DNA from: Somniosus microcephalus
Lineage: Eukaryota
Direction: 5' to 3'
Length of the DNA stretch: 64,000 bases
Assembly (NCBI GenBank): GCA_052327205.1
Contig: CM126219.1
Span: 60,264,001-60,328,000, forward strand
The position numbers and the translations under genes are program-made. The notes beneath the pieces were generated by a model that searched no databases, was not told the origin of the DNA, and saw nothing but the letters and a program-made list of their open reading frames with translations. Within the stretch, counting starts at the first letter, position 1. Each line of letters opens with the position of its first letter. Below are positions 53,504-64,000 of the stretch, in pieces.

Positions 53504-53791
53504 ATATTTGGATTTCCAAAAGGCCTTTGATAATAGTAGACTCATGACTAAGGCCAGAACCTGTGGAGTCCGGGGACAAGTATCAGAATGGAGAGCAAGC
53601 TGGCTACAAAATAGAAAACCAAGTAGGAATTTAAAGTAGTTACACCGATTGGCAGATGGTGGGAAGTGGTGTTTCACAAGGATCAGTGCTGAGACCACTG
53701 TTCACTATTTACATAAACGATTTAGACTCGGGAATCGGAAGTACAATTTCAAAATTTGCGGATGACACCAAATTGGGAGGTGTAGTTAATA

Positions 53792-54110
53792 CAGGAAACT
53801 TTTTTTTATCCGGCACGGACGGGACCGACGTGCCGGTTCATCAAAAATTCCGGATAACCGAACGCTATAGTAAAAGATAGGGAGAGCTGACAGCTCCGTA
53901 TAAAGCAACAAACCCTGTTGCTTAGCAACAACTGTAGAACAATGGCCTCAAGTTTCAAGCGTCTCTGTAGCTTAGCAACAGCTGCAGCCACACCCTTGCA
54001 CAGCACAGATGGAGGAAGGCAAATACAAATGAAGTAAAACCTACTCCTGAATTTTGCCGGTTAACCAAGATTTCCGGTTATTTAGGTGCCGGTAAATCGA
54101 AAGTTTCCTG
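53792..54110 (-). mobile_element. Tigger/pogo-like MITE, copy 5
   Basis: TA duplication; removal restores CR1 KLGGVVN|TEE. Confidence 0.93.
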
Positions 54111-54148
54111 TACAGAGGAGGTCTGCAACAAAATACAGAAAGACATTA

Positions 54149-54732
54149 TAGGAAACTCTCTTAACCGGCAAAATTCAGGAGTAGGTTCAGGTAAGTTTTA
54201 CTATATGTTAGTGGCCATGTAACCGGGGTCCCTGGATCTGTGGCTGTGTAACCGGGGTTCCTGCACCTGTGGCCGTGCAACAGGGACTCCTGGATCTGTG
54301 GCCGTGTAACCGGGGTTCCTGCACCTGTGGCCGTGCAACAGGGACTCCTGGATCTGTGGCCGTGTAACCGGGGTTCCTGCACCTGTGGCCGTGCAACAGG
54401 GACTCCTGGATCTGTGGCCGTGTAACCGGGGTTCCTGCACCTGTGGCCGTGCAACAGGGACTCCTGGATCTGTGGCCGTGTAACCGGGGTTCCTGCACCT
54501 GTGGCCGTGCAACAGGGACTCCTGGATCTGTGGCCGTGTAACCGGGGTTCCTGCACCTGTGGCCGTGCAACAGGGACTCCTGGATCTGTGGCCGTGTAAC
54601 CGGGACTCCTGCACCAGTGGCCGTGTACGGGGCTCTCTTACCTTGGTAAATATACCTCTCTGTAATCTGGACTTTTTGATCAACCGGCACCACGCCGGTC
54701 CTGTTGGTGCCGGATAAAAAGAGAGTTTCCTG
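54149..54732 (+). mobile_element. Tigger/pogo-like MITE, copy 6, with an internal tandem array
   Basis: TIR (T)AGGAAACTCTCTT / AAGAGAGTTTCCTG, TA duplication; removal restores CR1 QKDINKLAEWA. Confidence 0.9.
54211..54627. repeat. Higher-order minisatellite: ~14 monomers of 29 bp alternating A/B (58-bp period)
   Basis: A = GTGGCCGTGTAACCGGGGTTCCTGCACCT, B = GTGGCCGTGCAACAGGGACTCCTGGATCT. Confidence 0.96.
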
Positions 54733-55545
54733 TAATAAACTTGCAGAATGGGCATGTAATTGGCAAATGAACTTCAATATAGATAATTGTGAGGTGGTAC
54801 ATTTTGGGAGGAAGAATAAGGAGGCCACAAACTCATTGGAAAATAAGTGTCTAACTTGAATAGAGGAGCAGAGGGATCTGGGGGGGTACAGATACACAGA
54901 TCACAAAGTAGTGACCCAGGTTAATAAGGCCGTAAAAAAGCAAACAAAGCACTGGGGTTCATTTCTAGAGGGATAGAATTGAAAAGCAGAGAAATTATGT
55001 TAAACTTGTATAGAATCTTGGTTAGACCACACTTTGAGGATTGTGAGCCGTTCTGGTCTCCATATAAAAAGGATATAGAGGCATTGGAGAAGGTGCAGAA
55101 GAGATTTCCTGGAATGATGCCAGAACTGAGAGGTTATAGCAATCAGCAAAGCTTGAACAGGCTTGGGGCTCTTTCCTCTAGAAAAGAGAAAGCTGAGGGC
55201 TGACGTGGTGGTCTTCAATGTTATGAAAGGGTTTGATGGGGTAGACGCAGAGAAGATGTTTCCACTTGCAGGTGAGACCAGAACTAGGGGCTATAAATAC
55301 AAGATAATCACTAATGAAACTTCTTGACCCAGAGAGTGATTAGAATTTAGAACTCGCTACCACAAGGAGGAGTTGAGGTGAATAGCAGAGATGCATTCAA
55401 GGGGAAGCTTATATAAGCACATGAGGGAGAAAGGAATAGAAGGATATGTTGATGGAGTTAGATGAAGAGAGTTGGGAGGAGGCTTGTGTGGAGCATAAAC
55501 ACCGGCATGGACCTGTTGTGCCGAATGGCCTATTTCTATGCTGTA

Positions 55546-55649
55546 GAAGGGGTACGGTAGCATAGTGATTTATGTTACTGGGTTAGTAATCCAGAGACCT
55601 GGACTAATAATCCGGAGACGGAGTTCAAATCCCACCAAGGCAGCTGGGG

Positions 55650-55693
<44 letters not shown>

Positions 55694-55960
55694 ATAAAAA
55701 CTAGAATCAGTAATGGTGACCATGAAACTACCGGATTGTTGTAAAAACCCATCTGTTCCTTTAGGGAAGGAAATCTGCCGTCCTTACCCGGTTTAGGCCT
55801 CTGTGACTCCAGACCCACCGCAATGTCATTGACTCTTAACTGCCCTCTGAAATGTCACTTACTCAAGAAGGCAGCTCACCACCACCTTCTCGAGGGCAGT
55901 TAGAGAGAGGCAATTAATGCTGGTCGGTACGTCCACATCCCATAAATGAATTTAAAACAT
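55546..55960 (+). mobile_element. tRNA-derived SINE with internal A34 run and a tail shared with the LINE at 5721
   Basis: A box GGTAGCATAGTG, B box GAGTTCAAATCC (55621); tail gctcaccaccaccttctc...cacatcccataaatgaat. Confidence 0.85.
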
Positions 55961-56853
55961 TTTTTTTAATACTTTATAATACTTTGTAAAATGGTAAAGT
56001 CCAGTGGAGGAGACTTGTATCACTTCTTAGACACTGGCAAGGCCACATTTATTTTCCATTCCTAGTTACCCTGGGTAAGTGATACTGGGCCTTCTCACGA
56101 TTGTTTTTACAGCTAAGTGGACATTAAGAGTCAACTATGTAATATGGGACTGGGAGTCATGTGTAGGTTGGAAAGGTAATTGTACTCCATTTTATAAAGG
56201 CAGTGGAAAGTATTTTACCTTCTCTCCAGTTACATTGGATATTATAAAATGAGCCCAATTCCAAATGTTTTCAGTTTATTTTTGCTACATTAGACAATAG
56301 TATAGCTTTATTACTAGGTGGCCGGCTTGCTGACAGAAATACCCAATATTTCAGAGAGATGCTTCCAATCAGTTCCATTACAGAAACAATCTGGCATAAT
56401 GGTGCTTTAGAAAATCCACTGATTGAAACCTTTTTCCTATATTAAAGGCTATATATATATTAAGAATATAGGATTTGGAGACAACGGGTGTGGTTTTTCT
56501 GCAGCTCCCCAGCCTGTAATTTTCCACCCATTAAAATGCACGGCTGCAAAAAGGTAGACTGGCAGTGAATAAACACAAAATCCTGGCCACTGAAGTCAAG
56601 CCTGTAAAAAATATTGTCAGAACTTCAATACTAAATGACCTGTGTTACTCAATTTTCAGGTTAATTAGATGTTGACACTACCGACTGGAATTAAAAAAAA
56701 ATAATGTTGATGTATTCCGGTGACACACACTGTCTATTTTTACTTCTACTTTTTCAGAAGGCCACTTTAGATCAGAGGTATAACATGTTTAAATGGAAGA
56801 ATGCAGCTTTAAAATAGTTATAGTCAATTACTGATTTTTTAATTTCTTTTTAG

Positions 56854-57339
56854 GCCCAACAATCTCTGTCTCAAGAGCGGAGTGTGAATCCTGCTCCCCG
56901 CAGGCAACAGGCGTATGTGACACCCACCCTTGCTCAGGCTCCCTACTCTTTCCAGCATAACAGTCCAACACATCCGGGGGTTCACCCCCACCTGACAGTG
57001 TCGGCTTCTACGCACCTTTCAGGACAGCCCCACATGTATACCTACACACCAACTGCTGCTGCCTTGGCAACCTCCAGTTCCATGGCTCATCTTCTGAACC
57101 AACAAAGCTCCTCCAGACATGCCATGCAACAAGCCACGTACGCAGCTCATCCAACCAGTCTTCTCCAACAGGTGCCAGTCAGTATGGGCCCTAGCCTTCT
57201 GCCATCTGCCAGCGTTGCTCCCAGCCAGTACCAGCATCCGTTCGCCACCCAGTCATACATTAATGCTTCCAGGGCTCCTACTCTTTATGCTGGCTATCCA
57301 CTCAGTCCCACTAAAATAAATCAGTATTCTTACCTGTAG
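56854..57339 (+). CDS. HIPK1: HIPK1 last coding exon, Tyr/His-rich C-terminus ending [14 protein letters not shown]
   Basis: ttttag acceptor, TAG stop at 57337-57339, HIPK C-terminal motif. Confidence 0.96.
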   Translation, partial: AQQSLSQERSVNPAPRRQQAYVTPTLAQAPYSFQHNSPTHPGVHPHLTVSASTHLSGQPHMYTYTPTAAALATSSSMAHLLNQQSSSRHAMQQATYAAHPTSLLQQVPVSMGPSLLPSASVAPSQYQHPFATQSYINASRAPTLYAGYPLSPTKINQYSYL

Positions 57340-60300
57340 CTCTCTTATTTGCAGATGTGCTGTGCTACTGTATGAGATCTAGACTAATCCAGTTTTGTAT
57401 GAAGGAGGAGTGCGCTTCGTTCCATTAGACAGGACTCTTCTGTGGTGTCATGTTTTGCTTCTGAACTCGGTCACATGTCTACAGAGCATCCAGCAGCGAG
57501 GAGACTTGGTTTTTAACCCTTTTTTTTCTAAAAGGGTATTGGAAATAGACCACATTTTAAATATATTTTACAATGATTTGGGAATAATTTTCAGAACCAA
57601 CAGAATTGCTGTTTGTTTTAAACGTACTGTTGCTTTACTTTTGCCAGCTCTTTGCCTGAACACACTGATGAACCTGCTACTTGAAATGGGTTTATGCTGC
57701 TGAAAGTGTTAATACTATTGCTTGGGAAGTTCAAAGAATGCATTTTTTTCTAGGCCTATTACATAATAAAATGGTGAGTAATGGATGTCCTGGTTGGCTT
57801 GGTTGGCACGTGGAAGCCTGAACTAATCCTGACTTGCATAACTCATTAATGGACATCTTCAAGCATATCACTGTTTTAAGATGTTTTGGAACATTTGTGA
57901 GGGCTTCAAAATTAAAAAGAAAAATGTAATTTTTTTTGAATGGTGTATAAAATAGTTTGAAATGTCGCATTTTTAGAATGTTGTCAGTAACATTAATTTT
58001 GTATTAATCTGGATTTCTTAAAAGTATTGGTTTCTGAGCAGTACAATGTGTAATTAAGTGTGAAAATGGGAATCGAAAACATCGACTTGCTCTTGTAAGA
58101 AATGATTCCTTTGAACATTTCAGTCAGCTGTGATATGCTGATGGAGCTGCCGTCCATACAGGATTAGTGAGCTTTATTTAAAGCTGCAGGCTTAAGAGCC
58201 GTTTAATCACTGTTTCAGTGAACCTATTTTTAACCAGTTGCTTCTGTAAACTTCACTTGCCTGTATCCTCATCATGGTTGATCAAGAGCTGTTGCGCTCT
58301 GTGACTTATTTTGGATGTACAGCTCACTTAAATTAATTCAGGAAACTTGCCTTGAAGTTGGAAGGGTGTAGGATTAAAAAAAAAAAGGGGTCACAGCTGA
58401 ATTACGAAAAATTGAGTAAGTTATTCAAAGTTGCTCATGCTTTAATTCTGCGGAGAATGGGTGTGTATTTTAATTGTACAGCACATACTGTGCCATTACT
58501 CTGAACACTGGCGTTGCAGTGGTGTATTCTGGCACCTACATCACTGCTGGAACCCTTATATGCTGTGTAGCAGCCATTTGGGCATCAGCAGTGCTGATTT
58601 GCATAACTGAAAATAACTATATGTATGCACACACACTAAGTTTGTGTTGAACCATGCCCAACATTGTGTTCCAGAGCCATTTTGGCCCCTCCCCTGCCCA
58701 ACTTATTAGTTCCCTTGGCGTGTCACACAGGATTGAAAGTGTGTTGCTCAGCAGCTCACTGTTTAAAGACCTTCAATCACTAGTGCCTGTGGCAGTGAGT
58801 TGTTGGGTCAGTTATGCTTGTGGAAGAGACGGTGGTATTACTGCTATAATATCCTATGTATGTAAAGGTCTAGTTAGATTAATTCTAGAAACTAATATAG
58901 CTTTAGCATCAGAGCTGCAGAAGCAAGACATGTGACTCAGAGCTTCCAATGGAATTAGCAACAACAGTCTTTGATGGAATATGTAAATTATGATACTTGA
59001 ATTCTGTATTTTTAGTAACTCAAGTTTTAGTTCCTTGATCACCCAGAGGGATTTTTTTTTACGTACCTGTCATTTTAAGAGAAATTAAGTTGGAACATGT
59101 TGGAATGTACATGCAATGTCGTTAGATACATTTTGGAACTTAATTAAATGTTGTAGCACTGATGAAAAAGTAATTGTGTTTGAAAAGAAGTGGTTGCAGA
59201 ACAGGCATCATCTGTGTGTTCTGAACGGGAGTAATTCTTTGACTCAGTTTTTGCACAGGTGTGAATGTTGTGGGGGTTTATTTGATGAGTTCTTTCCCCT
59301 AGTTAGTGCCTTAACAGATTTTTACATAGTACGTTGAATTAATACTTTTACACTGTGCTTTAGAAAATCCCAACTTGTTACAGTTAGATCATTGGACTTG
59401 TGTGTGCATGGAAGGCCTCTCGGGAGTACAAAACAAAGTGATGGGAGAGTAGCACAGGAAAGGGTGTTGTACTGTTGAAACTGATTTTAAAATCATTTAA
59501 GTTGGTCTTTTTAAAAAAACAAAAAAGTCAGTTGAGTATTTTAATTGAAGTTCGTTTTAGTTTAAGAAAGGGAGATGGAATTTGAAACCGTATTCTTGTT
59601 TCTCTTTTGAAGTTTTTAGTTTCTTTTCATTTGGCACATATAACCATGCTCCTTTTAATGCAGCAAGCTACTTAGAATGTGAAAGTGCATGTATCCACGT
59701 ACTGTCTTCTGAACTTCAGTTGCTTTTTGATTTTTACCTTTATTACTAAGTTACAATGGTATGGCTGAGCATATCGTACTTGTGTGAGGATAGTGCAGTA
59801 TTTTGGTTTGTTTAATGAGTTTTCGGACAAGGAAAATTATGTGCAATTAGCTTTAGGTGGTTGTGGTTCTTCTAGATGTGTAATTTTTTAAGTTTATTTT
59901 TCAATAGTTTATGGATGCTAACATTCCTTGTGGCAGTAGGATGCTGTTCTGAGTAAACCCTTTGAAGGCAACTGCCCAGATTTTGGCTTCACACAGGCAA
60001 ACTGCCTGTAAAGCACATGTTCATCACACCAAAGAAAAGCCTATTTATTCTGCCTCATTTACAGGGCATGGAATAAGTGGTATTGCTTAACAGATATGCA
60101 AGTATTTGCTAATCATTATTTTCAACTTTAAAAAAAAAATCCTGCTATTCATTCCAACAGGCTAAACATTCTTGTTTGCTGCTCAGTGCTGCACTCTGCA
60201 TTTGAAAGGAAAGTACTACGCACACTACTTCCCCTATCTGCTGTTGAAAGTGTTTACGAAAGCCATTTGTTTTTTTTTGTTTTCCTCCTTACTCTCTTAT

Positions 60301-62970
60301 TTCATGCCCTGGCTTCATAAGGTTGCAAAGAGTTGATGTGTGCTTGGCAATCTCCCAGAGACATGGCTTTCAGAAAAATGCCGATGTCGAATACCTCTGG
60401 TGTTGCAAAACCTATCTTGTTTCAAGGTTTAGCGGGAGGTGGTGTTTTGTGGGTGTTTCTGCAGGAAAGGCTTTAGTCCTATGTATACATTTGGAGAGCA
60501 CAGATCTACATTAGAATTTATTACGTGCAGTACCAGCTTTATAAAATGATAAACTGGTAGAAATGTGAGGGTTTACAGAAATACATGAGCCTGCTGGTTC
60601 AGATGTTTTTTTAAAAAAGATTAAATTTCTAACATGAAACGAACATTCCACCAATGCTTCTGTACCAGGTAACTATTTCTACAGCATTTTATACCGAGTG
60701 CTCCACCTTCTGGACCTTTTCAGATATCTAGAATATTGAGACATGTGCTTTCTAGTCATCACAAGCCAGGTTTGTGTAAAGCAAACCGAGGTATGAGGGT
60801 AGAATAATTAGTTTAAAAAATAATATTGTTCTCTCTGAGCTGAGCACAATATACGTGTGAATCCTGTTTTGTATTTGGCCTCAGTATGGCTTGCACACAC
60901 CTTCAGCAGGAGTGGGGAGAGCTCCAAAGCCCAGCAAAATCTGCACAGCAAAATTTTAGCGCATTGAGTAGTTTAATGTGGTTCACTTAGACTTATGGGG
61001 GGGGTGGGGGAGGTCGGTGGAAACTGGTGCTCAAAAATCTGGTAATTCAAACTTGAAACAGAAATATTTTACAGAGGCTAATTTTTACTGGTTCATGTCG
61101 GATACATTGTGCCCAATCTCAAACCTACTGTCTCCCCTCGCCCCCCCCCCCCCCCGGATGGTGCAGCATCTGGAATCCAGAGAAAATATCTTGACATCTT
61201 GTGACACTATTGGATTTCTGTTGAGCCAAATGTTCACTTTTACCTCTACCAATACTGTGCAAAGTGCTGTCATGATGTGGCGTTTCATAGTCCTGCTGTT
61301 TCGTATCTGTATTTTATTGGTGCAGTGAAGTGCATTTTTGATCATTCTTGGCCTTGTAAAATGGGACAGTTTTTTTAAAAAACTAACATTCATACACGTG
61401 AGCTTCATAAAAAAAAAACTAGTCTTAAAAACTACGGCCAAGCACTTTGTAATTTTTGTCAATTACTGCTCCATGTCCTTTTATTGGGAAATGCACTTGC
61501 TGCAGATTGGGATGCACATTGTCTTTTTATCCTGTCCACAAACTAGGATGCTCCGGTTCCATGGAGCGCCCCCAGTTAGCAGCACAGGGAAGTACTAATG
61601 AAAGGTGGAATTTCTACTGTCGCTTATTATCAAGTGCAGTCATTGGAGACTCTCGCCATGTTAGATTTCTGCCCAGTTCTGGATTCTTGTGTCCAAACCT
61701 GCTGTGGGATGCCCTTGATGGTAAATTTCTGTGGGATTTTCTTGTGGGAAGGAGCAAAATGCGAAATTTTGGAAGTTTAGTTTTATTTATGAAAACATTT
61801 GCCCAAGGAATAACACTGGTTTTGACCATAAATGCAGGTCAAACAGACCTGTAGGTAAACTTTCCAGTGTCCTCGCACCTTTACGTACTACTTTGTAACA
61901 AATTTTTTGTCAATGTTTTTGTAAGGAAACCATCTGTATCCTGTGTAAGTCATTTAGTATCTAAAATGTACATTTAAAGAGATAGTCAGAGGCCCACACT
62001 GGTTGTATTTAAAATGATTGACATGGGATCTAAGCAACACCTAATGAACCTTGTCATAGCCACCTTTGAATATAACTGCAGCTTGCTTGCTTGCTTTAAT
62101 TTTTGGAGGGGAGGAGGCAGGGATTGGAATTTAGACCGAGATTAATCATGAATAACTTCAAGCTAATTATGCAGCCAATCGTTGATTTTTATTTTTTAAA
62201 ATCGTTACAACAACTTTGATTTAAGCGAAACTGAGCATTTCGTGGGATTGAAGGTTGCTGCACTGATTCAAACAAAATTTTCCAGGATTTTTGTTTAACA
62301 TAACCTGTGTAGGGCTGCAAAAGCACTGTCTCTTTAAAATCTATATAAACAGTATATATTTATAGGGTTGACTTATATATGGTTACATATGGGTGTGTCA
62401 TTATTTACTGTTGGCTGGAGCATGTTCTCATTATTTTGCTGTATGTGTCTGCATTTACTAATGCTAATCATATGTGGGTGAACTTTAGTGTTTTTTTAAT
62501 AGTATGATTGTAGCGAATGCAACAATTGTTAGTAGCATACTTGGCTTGTATCATTGATATTGCTATAATAGGTTATTTGACTGGTTTGTATAATGTTATT
62601 TGCTACTCTAGTTCTTGTATGAACTGCGGTTTCTTACTTTTTGATATAGCTATGTGATTATCACATGTAATGTGTAGGCAGCTCATAGAAATTATTGATT
62701 TTTCTATGGTAGTCTGGCAGTTAAACTGTAGAGGTTATTGTAAAATAATAAATTTAACAAAAGATAAAGAGATTATAGTTATTTAAAAAGAAGTTCATAA
62801 TACTAACTTTAAACTGGGAAAAGGGGTCCATTGTGATGAAACTGTTTTATCTTGTAATTCACTGTTATATTGTCTTTGGTTTCCAAAGTAGCTTGTCTTC
62901 TGATTGAAGTATTTTCTACATATGTTAAAAATGCATTGAGTTACCAATAAAATGGGCTACATTTGTGTAT
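57340..62970 (+). other. Putative long 3' UTR of HIPK1 (~5.6 kb)
   Basis: AT-rich, no recognisable TE between the stop codon and the AATAAA signals; SINE sequence resumes after ~63230. Confidence 0.65.
62946..62951 (+). terminator. Polyadenylation signal AATAAA (alternative at 62747-62752)
   Basis: AATAAA followed ~15-35 nt later by a TG/T-rich tract (tttgtgtattttgtgcctgtgtcatttt). Confidence 0.65.
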
Positions 62971-63234
62971 TTTGTGCCTGTGTCATTTTATCTAAATTTG
63001 TAGAATCTGCCTGTTTTTATAAAAACCTGCAGTTTGTATTGCAGGCTTTTTCAGTTTTTAGTGCATAGAATTTTGTAGCTATTGTCTCTGTGGGATCTGG
63101 AGTTCTCAAATTCCAGGTAAAATGATCTAGAGAAAGAAACTTGACTAAAAATTTGCCAAAGGTGTAAATTGCGCTCAACTTCAGTTTCTCCCCCCACCCC
63201 CCCCCCCCCCCCGCTCCTCCTGAGGGACACTGGC

Positions 63235-63590
63235 TCATGCTGAGTACAGCCTCGCAGGTGCTGGCTGTCCTCCACCTTTGGTTCTCCATTGGTGAGCCTA
63301 GCGTGCGGTTACCAGTAGACTGTTTGAACATGGAGGGTAAGTGGGTACAGTATCACATTGAGCCTGATTCTGTCCTCACTTGATGTCTACATGCACGCTT
63401 TCCAACAGGAGTCACTCAATAGAGATCCAGAGTGGGAAAATCTGTCTGACTTCCCCAACCCAGGAACGCACAGACCAATTTTAACACTCCATCACTGCTT
63501 GACTGAGATGAGTTAATTCAGCATTGACCACAGGTTAAACCTGGGAGCTTCCTGGCCTGTATTACACAGTTCCACGCTGGCCGGTGCTTA
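63235..63590 (-). mobile_element. Old SINE, same family as 43860-44235
   Basis: Reverse complement resembles the body of 43860-44235. Confidence 0.55.
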
Positions 63591-64000
63591 AACATATTCT
63601 AGATGCAAATTTATCTTTACTGCTTCAAAGTAATCTTCCTGCTCGTTTTCAACTTCCACCGCCTCAAAGTGGTACTTTAACCCTTCAGAAACTAGTTTTG
63701 TTGTAAATTACAACAACCAGTACCCGGTTACAACTCAGTCTGCATATGAATGTTTTTGCTGAAGTCCTTTGCTTCTTTATTTCCCAGTCCACAATTCACG
63801 ATGCAGAGCTATAGATGCTGGTGTATGTTTCCTTGCTAAGACTGTGGGCAGTATGCTTCACTCTCGGACAGACTCTCATTAAAATATGAAGTAGGAAAAA
63901 TAAATTTAAAAAGTCTGTAGGGAGAAAGGTGAGGGGAACCCACTGAGAAGAATAAGGAACTTAAGAAGGAACTAGAAATGAGTCTTGCTGTAGAAGCAAG

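Larger units (their letters stand above)
51850..55545 (+). mobile_element. Older CR1 LINE broken by several insertions
   Basis: PWMNKEIR, IYINDLDSGIGSTISKFADDTKLGG, LVRPH peptides and CR1 tail. Confidence 0.88.

Noticed and set aside
54211-54627. Alternating repeat resembling a CRISPR repeat-spacer array
   Set aside because: The would-be spacers are identical to each other and homologous to the repeat; the context is a vertebrate intron with no cas genes.
54161-54897. Three long minus-strand ORFs (131-229 aa) with repeated peptides
   Set aside because: They are read-throughs of the stop-free 58-bp tandem array, not genes.
55654-55687. A34 run as an intronic poly(A) site or retrocopy tail
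   Set aside because: It is internal to a SINE; more likely a slippage expansion and a source of oligo-dT mispriming. The A run at ~3019-3039 also has no supporting feature.

Overview
Vertebrate genomic DNA, most likely a cartilaginous fish (shark), judged from the repeat families: a Deu-domain SINE, CR1/L2 LINEs and Penelope-type inverted repeats. The window holds the 3' part of one + strand gene, HIPK1 (homeodomain-interacting protein kinase 1). Fourteen coding exons from 7975 to the stop at 57339 splice in a consistent frame (2539 nt, about 845 codons, starting at kinase subdomain VIII). The large upstream kinase exon lies before the window. A ~5.6 kb 3' UTR with no recognisable repeats follows, with AATAAA at 62946. 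The introns are full of nested transposons: CR1, L2, SINEs, TA-flanked Tigger/pogo-like MITEs, PIF/Harbinger-like elements with 3-bp TSDs and a hAT MITE. Most other long ORFs in the track are LINE fragments or noise. Main points of interest: (1) a six-copy MITE family carrying RFX X-box-like palindromes, one copy with a 29/58-bp tandem array of that motif; (2) a near-identical inverted CR1 pair bracketing two exons; (3) Harbinger-like elements with tandem hairpins, promoter motifs and splice donors; (4) a hammerhead-like relic; (5) a GC-AG intron and an unusual P-to-R change in the kinase. Repeat family names come from recalled motifs, not database searches.
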